NCBI GenBank assembly: GCA_019423445.1 | Contig: JAHZBJ010000001.1 | Location: 1 to 35,358, forward strand | Direction of reading: 5' to 3' | DNA length: 35,358 bases | Origin: Oscillospiraceae bacterium | GTDB lineage: Bacteria; Bacillota; Clostridia; Oscillospirales; Ruminococcaceae | Made by a program: the position numbers and the translations under genes | The notes under the pieces: model-generated | What the model was told of the DNA's origin: nothing | The model's database searches: none | The model's input: the letters and a program-made list of their open reading frames with translations, nothing else | Shown here: positions 26,114-33,895 of the stretch, one piece after another | Layout of the letters: each line of letters begins with the position of its first letter | Numbering within the stretch: position 1 is the stretch's first letter

Positions 26114-27108
26114 TTCACCACAAAAGCGGTAGGCAGAGGCCGGGAGCCGTAGAGGGAGGCGCAGACGTTCTGCACCTCGCCGTTATAGACCAGCATGCTG
26201 GAAGAACCTCCGTCCAGGTTCCCTGCGTTGACAGCGCCGAATTCCAACATCACATCGATGCAGTCCTTGTAGGTGGCGCCGATGCTGTGGGCCTGACGGC
26301 CATCGATGACCAGCATCAGCACTGCGCCGTCCCCCCGCTGCCCCAGCACGGTACGGGGGTTAAGGCCGCCGCCGGAACCCGCAACGTCCAGGGCTTTGCC
26401 GTTGACAATAAAGGTTGGGCCGAAGGAAACCGCATCCCGGATTCCCCGCTCCAGGCATTCCCGGCCGGTCATGGTACCCACCACCAGCTGGTCGTTGCTG
26501 TCAAAACCCACAATGGGCTGTGGGCTGTCCAGACCGCCGTTCAGGAGCTCTCCATCCTTGATGACGATCCCCAGGGGCATTCCCCCCTTGCCCACGCCCC
26601 CTTCGTCCAGGAAGCCTCCGCCGTTAATCGCAGCCACTGCATTCTCCTGTTTGGCGAAATCCTCCACCCGGACACCGGACTCTTCCTCGCCAAACACCGG
26701 CGCCACCGCCACCTTGACCCGGGAAGGATCATGAACAATCAGCATCTTCCCCTTGAAGGTGGGGCCGGTGACATCCACCAGTTCGATGGTATCTTTGGGG
26801 AGGCTGTCCTCCCCCTCCTGGAACTCCATCTTTTCGGTGACCTCCACCGTTTCCACCACGGCGTTCCTGGCCCGTATGGCGTCAATCTCCTCCTGGGAGA
26901 AACAGATATAAGCCAGGAACTTGGCGGCGCTGGTTTCCATCACCGTATTGACAAACAGGTCTCTGGCTGTGGGAGATGGCCCCTTACAGATGACCACCAC
27001 CGCCCCCAGGGCAGTGAGGAGGGTCATTCCCAGGGTTACCCCCAACACAGCCAAAGCCCGCAGAAAGGTCCTTTTCCCCCTTCCCCGGGGCGAAACGGCT
27101 TTATCCAT
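26110..27108 (-). CDS. Phosphodiester glycosidase (NAGPA/DUF2233) family protein
   Basis: AAINGGGF, AVSFGP, NPRTVLGQ, IDGR and AGNLDGGSS; N-terminal TM; start 27108 from the AAGGAGG RBS. Confidence 0.88.
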   Translation of the reverse strand: MDKAVSPRGRGKRTFLRALAVLGVTLGMTLLTALGAVVVICKGPSPTARDLFVNTVMETSAAKFLAYICFSQEEIDAIRARNAVVETVEVTEKMEFQEGEDSLPKDTIELVDVTGPTFKGKMLIVHDPSRVKVAVAPVFGEEESGVRVEDFAKQENAVAAINGGGFLDEGGVGKGGMPLGIVIKDGELLNGGLDSPQPIVGFDSNDQLVVGTMTGRECLERGIRDAVSFGPTFIVNGKALDVAGSGGGLNPRTVLGQRGDGAVLMLVIDGRQAHSIGATYKDCIDVMLEFGAVNAGNLDGGSSSMLVYNGEVQNVCASLYGSRPLPTAFVVK

Positions 27109-28186
27109 AAACGTTCTCCTCCTTGCGGTGGGTCTTTTCCCGCTTTTCTCCAAAGACCCACCGGCGCTGGATCTGGAAGCTTAAGAAAAACAACAGGGTA
27201 TCCACCAACACCTTGGCCGCTACCGCCGGCAGGGGCAGAACCGCAGACAACAGGTATACCCCGCCATAACTGGCCGCCGCCTGGCCCCCGCACAGCAAAT
27301 AATACCGCACCATGGCCGGACCGGGATGCTCCTTGCTGGCAAACACCAAGGTCCTGTTGGCCGTAAAATTGCATAGGGAGGAAATGAGCCGGGCCATCAG
27401 GGTGGCCCCCAGCAGCCGCAGCTCCGCCCCCACCCCCTGCAGCAGCCAGTTGAACAGGGCGAACAGGGCTACGTCCACCACAGTGGAACCCAGACTCACC
27501 GAAAGGAAGCGGAAAATCTGGCGGTAAATGGCCAGGGAATCCCGGAGGGGATTAAAGTGAGAGGTGGCGTTGTTCTCCAGATACACGGTGCGGATGGGCA
27601 CCTCCCGGATGGCCACCCCCAGCCGGGAGGTAGCCAACAGCATATTGGTTTCGAATTCGTAGCGGTCCCCAGGCACATCCAGCAGCGCCCGGAGGAAGTT
27701 CTTCCCCATTCCCCGCAGCCCTGTCTGGGTATCCGAGACCCGAACCCCGCACAAAAAGCGGAAACACCAGGCGGTGGCCTTGTTTCCGAAAGCACTGCGG
27801 AAGGGGACGTCTCTGCCGTCAAAACAGCGGACTCCCAGGACCAAACTTTCCGGATCCTCCTCCAGGGCCCGGGCACACCGGACTGCATCTCCAGGGTCGT
27901 GCTGGCCGTCGCCGTCCACCGTCACCACCCCCACATCCTCTTCCGGATGCTCCAAAAACCAGGCGAAGGCGGTCTTTAGAGCCCGGCCCTTTCCCTGGTT
28001 CTCCTTATGGCGCAGCAAAACGCACCCCGGCCGGGCCGCGGCCTGCTGGAAGATCTCCTCATACTCCTTCCCGCTGCCGTCGTCCACCAGGATCACCCGC
28101 CGGAATCCAGCCTGCATCAATCCCTCCACCACACCGGAAAGCTTTTCATCCGGCCGGAAGGATGGTACCACTGCCGCTGTGCTCAT
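27101..28186 (-). CDS. Bifunctional GT2 / GtrA protein
   Basis: VPSFRP, VDDGS, NQGKGRALK, DGDGQH, DTQTGLR, RYEFE and SHFNPLRDS; C-terminal GtrA domain. Confidence 0.9.
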   Translation of the reverse strand: MSTAAVVPSFRPDEKLSGVVEGLMQAGFRRVILVDDGSGKEYEEIFQQAAARPGCVLLRHKENQGKGRALKTAFAWFLEHPEEDVGVVTVDGDGQHDPGDAVRCARALEEDPESLVLGVRCFDGRDVPFRSAFGNKATAWCFRFLCGVRVSDTQTGLRGMGKNFLRALLDVPGDRYEFETNMLLATSRLGVAIREVPIRTVYLENNATSHFNPLRDSLAIYRQIFRFLSVSLGSTVVDVALFALFNWLLQGVGAELRLLGATLMARLISSLCNFTANRTLVFASKEHPGPAMVRYYLLCGGQAAASYGGVYLLSAVLPLPAVAAKVLVDTLLFFLSFQIQRRWVFGEKREKTHRKEENVYG

Positions 28187-28190
28187 CCTT

Positions 28191-29546
28191 TTATCTCCTT
28201 CGTCTCTTGATATAGTATCCCACCACTAACAATACTACCGCTGCCGATGCTCCGGCAGCCAGCCACAGGGGAAAAGCCTCGGCTCCAGTCTCCTCCCTGG
28301 GGGACTCCGTCTCAGGGGGCGGGGAGGAGGTGTCCGATTCTGAAACAGGCTCCGGTTCCGGTTCTGGTTCCGGCGGCTGGTAGTCGGAGTAGTCCTCCGG
28401 TTTCAGCCCCTCAAAGAAATCTCCCCCTGCCTGATCCGCCCCCACGGTGGTGCGGTAAAGGCCAAAGAGCCGGCAATCATAGGGGCCGGAATCCTCCACC
28501 ACAAAATAGGTCTGCTGGGAGACATGCTTTTCAAATCCCAGCCGGGCCATTTCCAGAGCCGTCTTACCGTCAAAGGCTGCCAGAGGGACGCTCCAGTCCA
28601 TCACCACCGGGTTTTCCGGGTAGAGGTGGAGGTAGGTTTTGGGGACGTCCCAGACTCCCCAGCGGTCGGCGCTGTCGGAGTATTGCTCCGGATCTCCGGA
28701 AAGCTCCAGGGCTTGCTGGAGGGTATAGGTATTGTAGATATGAACCCCGTGGCCGTATTCCCCGTTCACGTCGTGACCCACCACCACCTCGGGCTTAAAC
28801 CGGCGCAGCTGTTCCACCTGCCAGGCCACCGCTGCTTCCTCATCGTAAAGGGCCTGGGCCTCCTGGAGACTTCCGGCATACTGGTCCGCAAAGTCCGACA
28901 TCACCGGGTAGGCCCGCACCCCCACCGTCCACAGGCCGTTAAGGAGCTCGTGGGGCCGGTAGGGTTCCCACCAATGGTTGGTGAAGTAGGCCACCTGGAC
29001 TTTTTTCCCCAGCTCCCCGGCATAATAAGGCATAGTGCCGCCGAAATACAGGTGTTCGTCATCGGCGTGGGTGGGCAGAAGCAACAGATCCGCGTCCTCC
29101 AGAGGAGGCTCCCACCGCTGAACCCAGTCGGGCAGCTCCCCCTCCCCAAAGGCGTAGATATCACAGCAGATGGCACCCGCCGGCAGCTCCAGAACACATT
29201 GCCGCACCGGCCCCGCCAAAGAGACATATTCATGGATAAAGCCGTTCTCCCCACCGGAAAAGGAGATTCCCTCCCCTTCCCCCTGCCAGGGGCCGGGTGG
29301 TCTGTCCCAGATAATATAGAGGGAGGAAAAATCCTCTTCCCCCTCCACCGTCAGGCTTCCCCCCTGCCACTGGAGCTTGGTGGTCCGGTCACCGTCCCCC
29401 AGCATCCACTGGGAGGTTCCCGCTCCATCGGTGATGGTGCAGCTCACCTGAGGATTCGCAGTCTCCTCCGCCCACGCGGGGCACATCCCCTGGAAAAGGA
29501 ACAGAGCCGCCCCAAGGAACACGGCACATTTCAGTCTGCTTTTCAT
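28191..29546 (-). CDS. Secreted PIG-L/LmbE-family deacetylase with C-terminal membrane anchor
   Basis: Signal peptide (CPAWA), PTHADDE metal motif, GHDVNGEYGHGVH, (PE)n linker, C-terminal TM followed by KRRRR. Confidence 0.8.
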   Translation of the reverse strand: MKSRLKCAVFLGAALFLFQGMCPAWAEETANPQVSCTITDGAGTSQWMLGDGDRTTKLQWQGGSLTVEGEEDFSSLYIIWDRPPGPWQGEGEGISFSGGENGFIHEYVSLAGPVRQCVLELPAGAICCDIYAFGEGELPDWVQRWEPPLEDADLLLLPTHADDEHLYFGGTMPYYAGELGKKVQVAYFTNHWWEPYRPHELLNGLWTVGVRAYPVMSDFADQYAGSLQEAQALYDEEAAVAWQVEQLRRFKPEVVVGHDVNGEYGHGVHIYNTYTLQQALELSGDPEQYSDSADRWGVWDVPKTYLHLYPENPVVMDWSVPLAAFDGKTALEMARLGFEKHVSQQTYFVVEDSGPYDCRLFGLYRTTVGADQAGGDFFEGLKPEDYSDYQPPEPEPEPEPVSESDTSSPPPETESPREETGAEAFPLWLAAGASAAVVLLVVGYYIKRRRR

Positions 29547-29899
29547 GGTGTTGTCTCCTTCTTTCGCCGGTCCAGGGAAGGCAGTCCCTGCCCCAGACCC
29601 TTAACCCCATCCATTTTACCATATCATCACATTTTTTCATATCAAATCTGTCGTTTTCTTTTCATTTCCTGGAATGTCAGGTTCTTCCTCACCCCTTAAC
29701 AACGTTTTTCCTCCTTGTTTTATTTCATTCCCGGCTTGGTTCCTTCCTTTTGTTGCAGAACCAGTCTGGGTTTCGGTTGTGTGCGAAATCTCTTTGCCGC
29801 CCTTGGCGGAGGACGGCCGCCAATCCTTTTCCCGGAAACATACAAAGAGCGCAGAGACCTTCTTTGGTCTCCGCGCCCTTTGCACCACAACCAGCAGCT

Positions 29900-30364
29900 T
29901 TATCCGAAAAGAGCCCCCAGAGGATTATTCAGCAGCTCGCTTAGGCGGTTAACAGCCTGATTGAGACTGTCAAAATCGATCTGGGACACCTTTTCCAGAG
30001 CCTCCGAGGCCTCCCGAAGGCTGTCCTGGCCGTCTGCCAGAGTCTGGTTCAGGTTCCCCAGGATCCCCTTGAGATCCGCCTCCTCCAGCTGGGCTGCCAC
30101 CTCTCCCAGGCTCCCCAGCACCTGGTCAGCGTTGGTCAGGGTGGTGTTGACTCTGGGAAGCACCGCTCCCACAAACAGTACCACCGCTGCCGCCATAACC
30201 CCTACAAAAATCGTGCTCAGCCGGGTGAGGTTCAACTGCTTCCTTGCCATTACAGTCTGAACAGCGGATTCTTCCGCCAGCTTTTGCAGCAGCTCTTCCT
30301 GGGTCTTTTTTCCCCCGCTTTCCCCAGTTTCTGTCGCAGTAAGAGCCTTTTCTTCCGTCAACAT
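29900..30364 (-). CDS. Hypothetical single-TM coiled-coil protein
   Basis: GGAGG RBS, one TM, then heptad-like helical repeats. Confidence 0.7.
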   Translation of the reverse strand: MLTEEKALTATETGESGGKKTQEELLQKLAEESAVQTVMARKQLNLTRLSTIFVGVMAAAVVLFVGAVLPRVNTTLTNADQVLGSLGEVAAQLEEADLKGILGNLNQTLADGQDSLREASEALEKVSQIDFDSLNQAVNRLSELLNNPLGALFG

Positions 30365-30430
30365 AATCTTTCCTCCTATTTTGTTTCCTCTCCAATTTGT
30401 CTCCAGTGGAGGCAGCCCAAACCCGGGCTG

Positions 30431-30473
30431 CAAAAAGGGGGTCCAGCCTTAGGCTGGACCCCCTTTTGCTTTT
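30431..30473. terminator. Intrinsic terminator
   Basis: AAAAGGGGGTCCAGCC / GGCTGGACCCCCTTTT inverted repeat. Confidence 0.85.
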
Positions 30474-30482
30474 TCAGGGATC

Positions 30483-31001
30483 TTATTTGGCGTTGGCCGC
30501 AGCCTTCTCCAGGGTAGCAAAGAAATCACCACAGGACATGGTGCAGGAAGAAGTGAGTTCAGCAACGTCGGGAACGTTGGTATGACCATTGGACTCCTTT
30601 ACCGCCATACCGGTGACGTCGGCGGGAGTCTTGCCCACAGAGTACTCCTCCAGGGCAGCAATCTGCTCATACCACTCCTTGCCAATGGAAGAAGCACCCT
30701 TCATGTTGTAGTTCTCCTTCAGTTCCTTCTTGGACTGAATGGAATCAGCCACGGTGACAGCGCCCTCGGTGGTGACGCTGGCCTTACACTGCATCACATC
30801 CCAGGAAACCCCCACGATCTTGCCATTGGAGTCCAGAGTGACAGCGCAGGCGGTGACATCGGCCTGAGTGCTGCCATCAGCGTCCACAGATGCATTGCTG
30901 CCGGTCATTCCAGCAACCATGCCCAGCCCCAGCTTCAGGGAGGGAGCGCTGCAGCCAGCTACCATAAGAAGCGCCAGAGTAAGAACAATCAGCTTTTTCA
31001 T
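30483..31001 (-). CDS. FMN-binding-domain-like lipoprotein (putative flavinylated protein)
   Basis: Lipobox MVAGC, SKKELKENYNMK, EWYEQ, VGKT, and C-terminal DVAELTSSCT resembling the [ST]GA[ST] flavinylation motif; divergent from apbE. Confidence 0.65.
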   Translation of the reverse strand: MKKLIVLTLALLMVAGCSAPSLKLGLGMVAGMTGSNASVDADGSTQADVTACAVTLDSNGKIVGVSWDVMQCKASVTTEGAVTVADSIQSKKELKENYNMKGASSIGKEWYEQIAALEEYSVGKTPADVTGMAVKESNGHTNVPDVAELTSSCTMSCGDFFATLEKAAANAK

Positions 31002-31043
31002 TTTTCATTTCCTCCAAATACTTTCCTACTTTTCCTTTGTCGA

Positions 31044-31063
31044 AATGTTAACCCTTTAACATT
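31044..31063. promoter_or_regulatory. Rex-like operator
   Basis: AATGTTAA-CCCT-TTAACATT inverted repeat, close to the clostridial Rex consensus TTGTTAA-N4-TTAACAA, just downstream of the predicted start site. Confidence 0.6.
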
Positions 31064-31075
31064 GCTGTAATTATT

Positions 31076-31104
31076 ATTATATTGTAATTGTTGTAAAATA
31101 TCAA
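31076..31104 (-). promoter_or_regulatory. SigA promoter of the lipoprotein gene
   Basis: TTGATA, 17 nt, TATAAT on the minus strand. Confidence 0.75.
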
Positions 31105-31286
31105 GTTTATTTTCCCAAAAAAATAAAACTTTTGGTGTCAAAATTGCACAATCGGTCCATTTTTTCGGGGGCGCGGTGGTTTTCTCCTTCCATCTTTCCT
31201 TTCCGCCGCCGCTTTGCGCCGGAAAAGATTTGTGGTATACTATGTTTGTTTATCTTCGTATTATTCGGGAGGAGGTCCCCGTTTCC

Positions 31287-32396
31287 ATGAAAAAGCATCT
31301 GTTCCGGCGCCTCTGTTGCGCCGCCCTTTGTATCGTCTTGGCGGTGCTTTCAGCTTGCGGCGGCGATACCCCACAGACCGAATACCACAAATATACTACC
31401 CAGTTTTATGACACTTTTGACACCGTCGTTCAAATTACCGGCTACACCGAAACTCAGGAGGAGTTCGAGGGCTACGCCGAAGCCATCCACAGCCGCTTTC
31501 AGGAGCTGAACCAGCTTTACGACCGCTTCTACGAGTATTCCGGCGTTAACAATATCCGCACCATCAATCTCAACGCTGGCGTCGCCCCGGTGGCGGTGGA
31601 GGAGGAAATCCTGGACATGCTGGAGCTGGCCAAGGAGCTCTGTGAAAAAAGCGGCGGTAAAGTCAACATCGCCATGGGCCCGGTGTTGGAGATCTGGCAC
31701 AGCTATATGACCACCTACTCCGGCACCACCGCCCCGGCGGATGCTGTCCCCTCCCAGGAGGAGCTGGAGGCGGCAGCCCTTTACGCCGATCTGGACAAGG
31801 TTATCATCGACCGGGAGGCCGGCACCGTCTTTCTTGCGGAGCCGGGAATGGCCCTGGACGTGGGGGCGGTAGCCAAGGGCTACGCCGCCCAGCTGGTGGC
31901 TGACGAAATCTACGAGGCGGGATTCCACTCCTTCCTCATCAGCGCCGGGGGAAATGTGGTAGCCAAGGACCCGCCTCTGGACGGTATCCGGAACAGCTGG
32001 GGCATCGGCATTCAGGACCCCTTCGCCGACCCTTCCGACCCCGAGGGGAGTAACCTGGACGTGGTGTTTGTGGAAAACCAGTGCGTGGTCACCAGCGGCG
32101 ACTACCAACGGTACTACATGGCAGGGGACCGGCGGATCCACCACATTGTGGATTCCACCACCCTTCAGCCTGCCGACCACTTCCGTTCCCTGACAGTGGT
32201 GACCCAGGACTCCGGCCTGGCGGACTTCCTATCCACCTGTCTGTTTGTTATGGACTATGAAGAAGGCCGGGCCTTGGCGGAGGAAATGGGGGTTAAGGCC
32301 CTGTGGGTCTTCCCCGACGGGACAGTGGAATACACCGATGATCTTCTTCCCCTCCTCCGGGACAGAGGCGGCGCCACAGCGGCCATTGATCAATAG
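31287..32396 (+). CDS. apbE: FAD:protein FMN transferase (ApbE family) lipoprotein
   Basis: Lipobox LSAC, FDT, LDVGAVAKGY, GGNV, VVTSGDYQRYY, HHIVD and ADFLST; GGAGG RBS. Confidence 0.92.
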   Translation: MKKHLFRRLCCAALCIVLAVLSACGGDTPQTEYHKYTTQFYDTFDTVVQITGYTETQEEFEGYAEAIHSRFQELNQLYDRFYEYSGVNNIRTINLNAGVAPVAVEEEILDMLELAKELCEKSGGKVNIAMGPVLEIWHSYMTTYSGTTAPADAVPSQEELEAAALYADLDKVIIDREAGTVFLAEPGMALDVGAVAKGYAAQLVADEIYEAGFHSFLISAGGNVVAKDPPLDGIRNSWGIGIQDPFADPSDPEGSNLDVVFVENQCVVTSGDYQRYYMAGDRRIHHIVDSTTLQPADHFRSLTVVTQDSGLADFLSTCLFVMDYEEGRALAEEMGVKALWVFPDGTVEYTDDLLPLLRDRGGATAAIDQ

Positions 32397-32406
32397 GAGG
32401 CTTACT

Positions 32407-32802
32407 ATGGGAAACTGGAACGAGATGAAAGAAAAGGCTGGCAACTTTGAAATCCGGAAAAGCTGGCAATACCTGCTCTATATCACAGTGGTCCTCCCGG
32501 TGGCGCTGTTCCTGCTGGCTTTTCTCCTGAAAAGCAACAGCTTGGGGGTCTCACTGGGGCGGATTTTCCACACCTACGGCCTCTATGTCTCCAACCCCAT
32601 CCCCAACTTTTCTCCCTTTAACGGCACCGGTGTGCTGGGGCTGGCGATTCTGATCTTCCTGGCAGTTTGGGCAGTGCGGCGGCGGGACTGGGCCGACCTG
32701 GGAATTACCCTGGCGCTGGGAGCAGCCAACGCCCTGTACTTCGCCATGGAGTGGAACTATGCCATTCTCCCCCTGCTGAACCTCTCCGGGAACCCCTTCT
32801 AA
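32407..32802 (+). CDS. Hypothetical membrane protein (3 TM)
   Basis: AGGAGG RBS at the apbE stop; hydrophobic 131-aa ORF. Confidence 0.7.
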   Translation: MGNWNEMKEKAGNFEIRKSWQYLLYITVVLPVALFLLAFLLKSNSLGVSLGRIFHTYGLYVSNPIPNFSPFNGTGVLGLAILIFLAVWAVRRRDWADLGITLALGAANALYFAMEWNYAILPLLNLSGNPF

Positions 32803-32819
32803 GGCCCCTGGTTTTGGAT

Positions 32820-32858
32820 AAAAAAGGCCCCTCACACCGACGCGTGAGGGGCCTTTTT
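32820..32858. terminator. Bidirectional terminator
   Basis: AAAAAGGCCCCTCAC / GTGAGGGGCCTTTTT inverted repeat between convergent genes. Confidence 0.88.
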
Positions 32859-32889
32859 CTGTTGTTTTGTTTCGGGGCAACCCAGGGGG

Positions 32890-33528
32890 TCAGAGAATCT
32901 CCTGCCCCTGAGCAGCTACCTTTTCCTTGGAGGCGCGCTCCTGCCGGGGCACCAGCCCCATCCGGACGCAGAAGGGAGCCGCAGCCTTGAGGAACAGGAA
33001 GAGCAGCACCGTCTCCACCGGCAGCAGCAGGAGGTTCTTGGTCAGTCCCTTAACCAGGTAGTAGTAATACCCTTTGCTGTAGAGGATGGCACTCCAAAGG
33101 GAGCCCATGGCCACGTTTACCAGGAGGTTCACCGACAGCTTGGCCCACAGGACCCGCCAGACGGTGAACCGGGCCCGGTAAAGGAAAAGCCCATAGAAGA
33201 AGGACCCCATCATGGTGGAGAGGACATACCCCGGGAAGAAGGGCCCGGTGGGGTTCACCAGGTACCCCAGGATATCGGCGGCAAAGCCGGAGAGGAGGCC
33301 CATCACCGGACCATAGATGGCAGCCCCCAGGCCGTTGATGAAAAAGCTGAAGAAGATGTGGAGGTTATCCCCCAGCGGGATGTAAAGGCCGCTGAGGACG
33401 ATACGCAGGGCCACCACCACTGCTGCCAGGGTGAGCATCCGGAGGTTCCGCAGCTCCCCCAGGGCGGTGCGCCAGTAGCTCCGGGACAGGGGGGAGGCCA
33501 GGGTCAGGGATTCAGCATTTTTGTACAA
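32890..33528 (-). CDS. folT: Folate-family ECF transporter S component
   Basis: YGPVMG...ADILG...PTGPFFPGY, six TMs; TTG start after GAAAGGAG; THF riboswitch upstream. Confidence 0.88.
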   Translation of the reverse strand: MYKNAESLTLASPLSRSYWRTALGELRNLRMLTLAAVVVALRIVLSGLYIPLGDNLHIFFSFFINGLGAAIYGPVMGLLSGFAADILGYLVNPTGPFFPGYVLSTMMGSFFYGLFLYRARFTVWRVLWAKLSVNLLVNVAMGSLWSAILYSKGYYYYLVKGLTKNLLLLPVETVLLFLFLKAAAPFCVRMGLVPRQERASKEKVAAQGQEIL

Positions 33529-33634
33529 AAAAATACACTCCTTTCCAGTTGTGCATCGGTTTGTACCGTTGCACCGGGGCCCACGGCCCCCCGGAAGGCC
33601 CGGGAACTCCCAGGCTTCGGAGTGCAAGTATGGT

Positions 33635-33732
33635 ACAGCGGGATGCGGAGCCTCCACCGCAAGCGGAACGCTTTTCGTCTGTCCGGCAACTCCCCGTCCG
33701 GACAGCACTTGACGCGCAGGCTCCTACTCTGT
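33635..33732 (-). ncRNA. THF riboswitch aptamer
   Basis: ACAGAGUAGG...GCGUCAAGUG...GGACGGGGAGUUGCC...ACGAAAAG...UUGCGG...CCGCAUCCCGCUGU matches the THF aptamer pattern; upstream of folT. Confidence 0.92.
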
Positions 33733-33764
33733 GTGTGTTCTCCTTCCAAAGAAGGGCGCTATCT

Positions 33765-33793
33765 ATCATAGCACCTTCTCCAGCGTTTTGCAA
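33765..33793 (-). promoter_or_regulatory. SigA promoter of folT
   Basis: TTGCAA, 17 nt, TATGAT with an extended TG. Confidence 0.75.
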
Positions 33794-33842
33794 CCCGGAA
33801 CAGAGCTTTTTCGCAGCGGGCATACCAGCGGGAGCGGAAAGG

Positions 33843-33875
33843 AAAAACGCCCTCCCCCGGTGCCGGGGGAGGGCG
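33843..33875 (-). terminator. Terminator of the thrB-lysC transcript
   Basis: CGCCCTCCCCCGG / CCGGGGGAGGGCG stem followed by T5 on the minus strand. Confidence 0.8.
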
Positions 33876-33895
33876 AGAAACAGGATCCGGAGATC

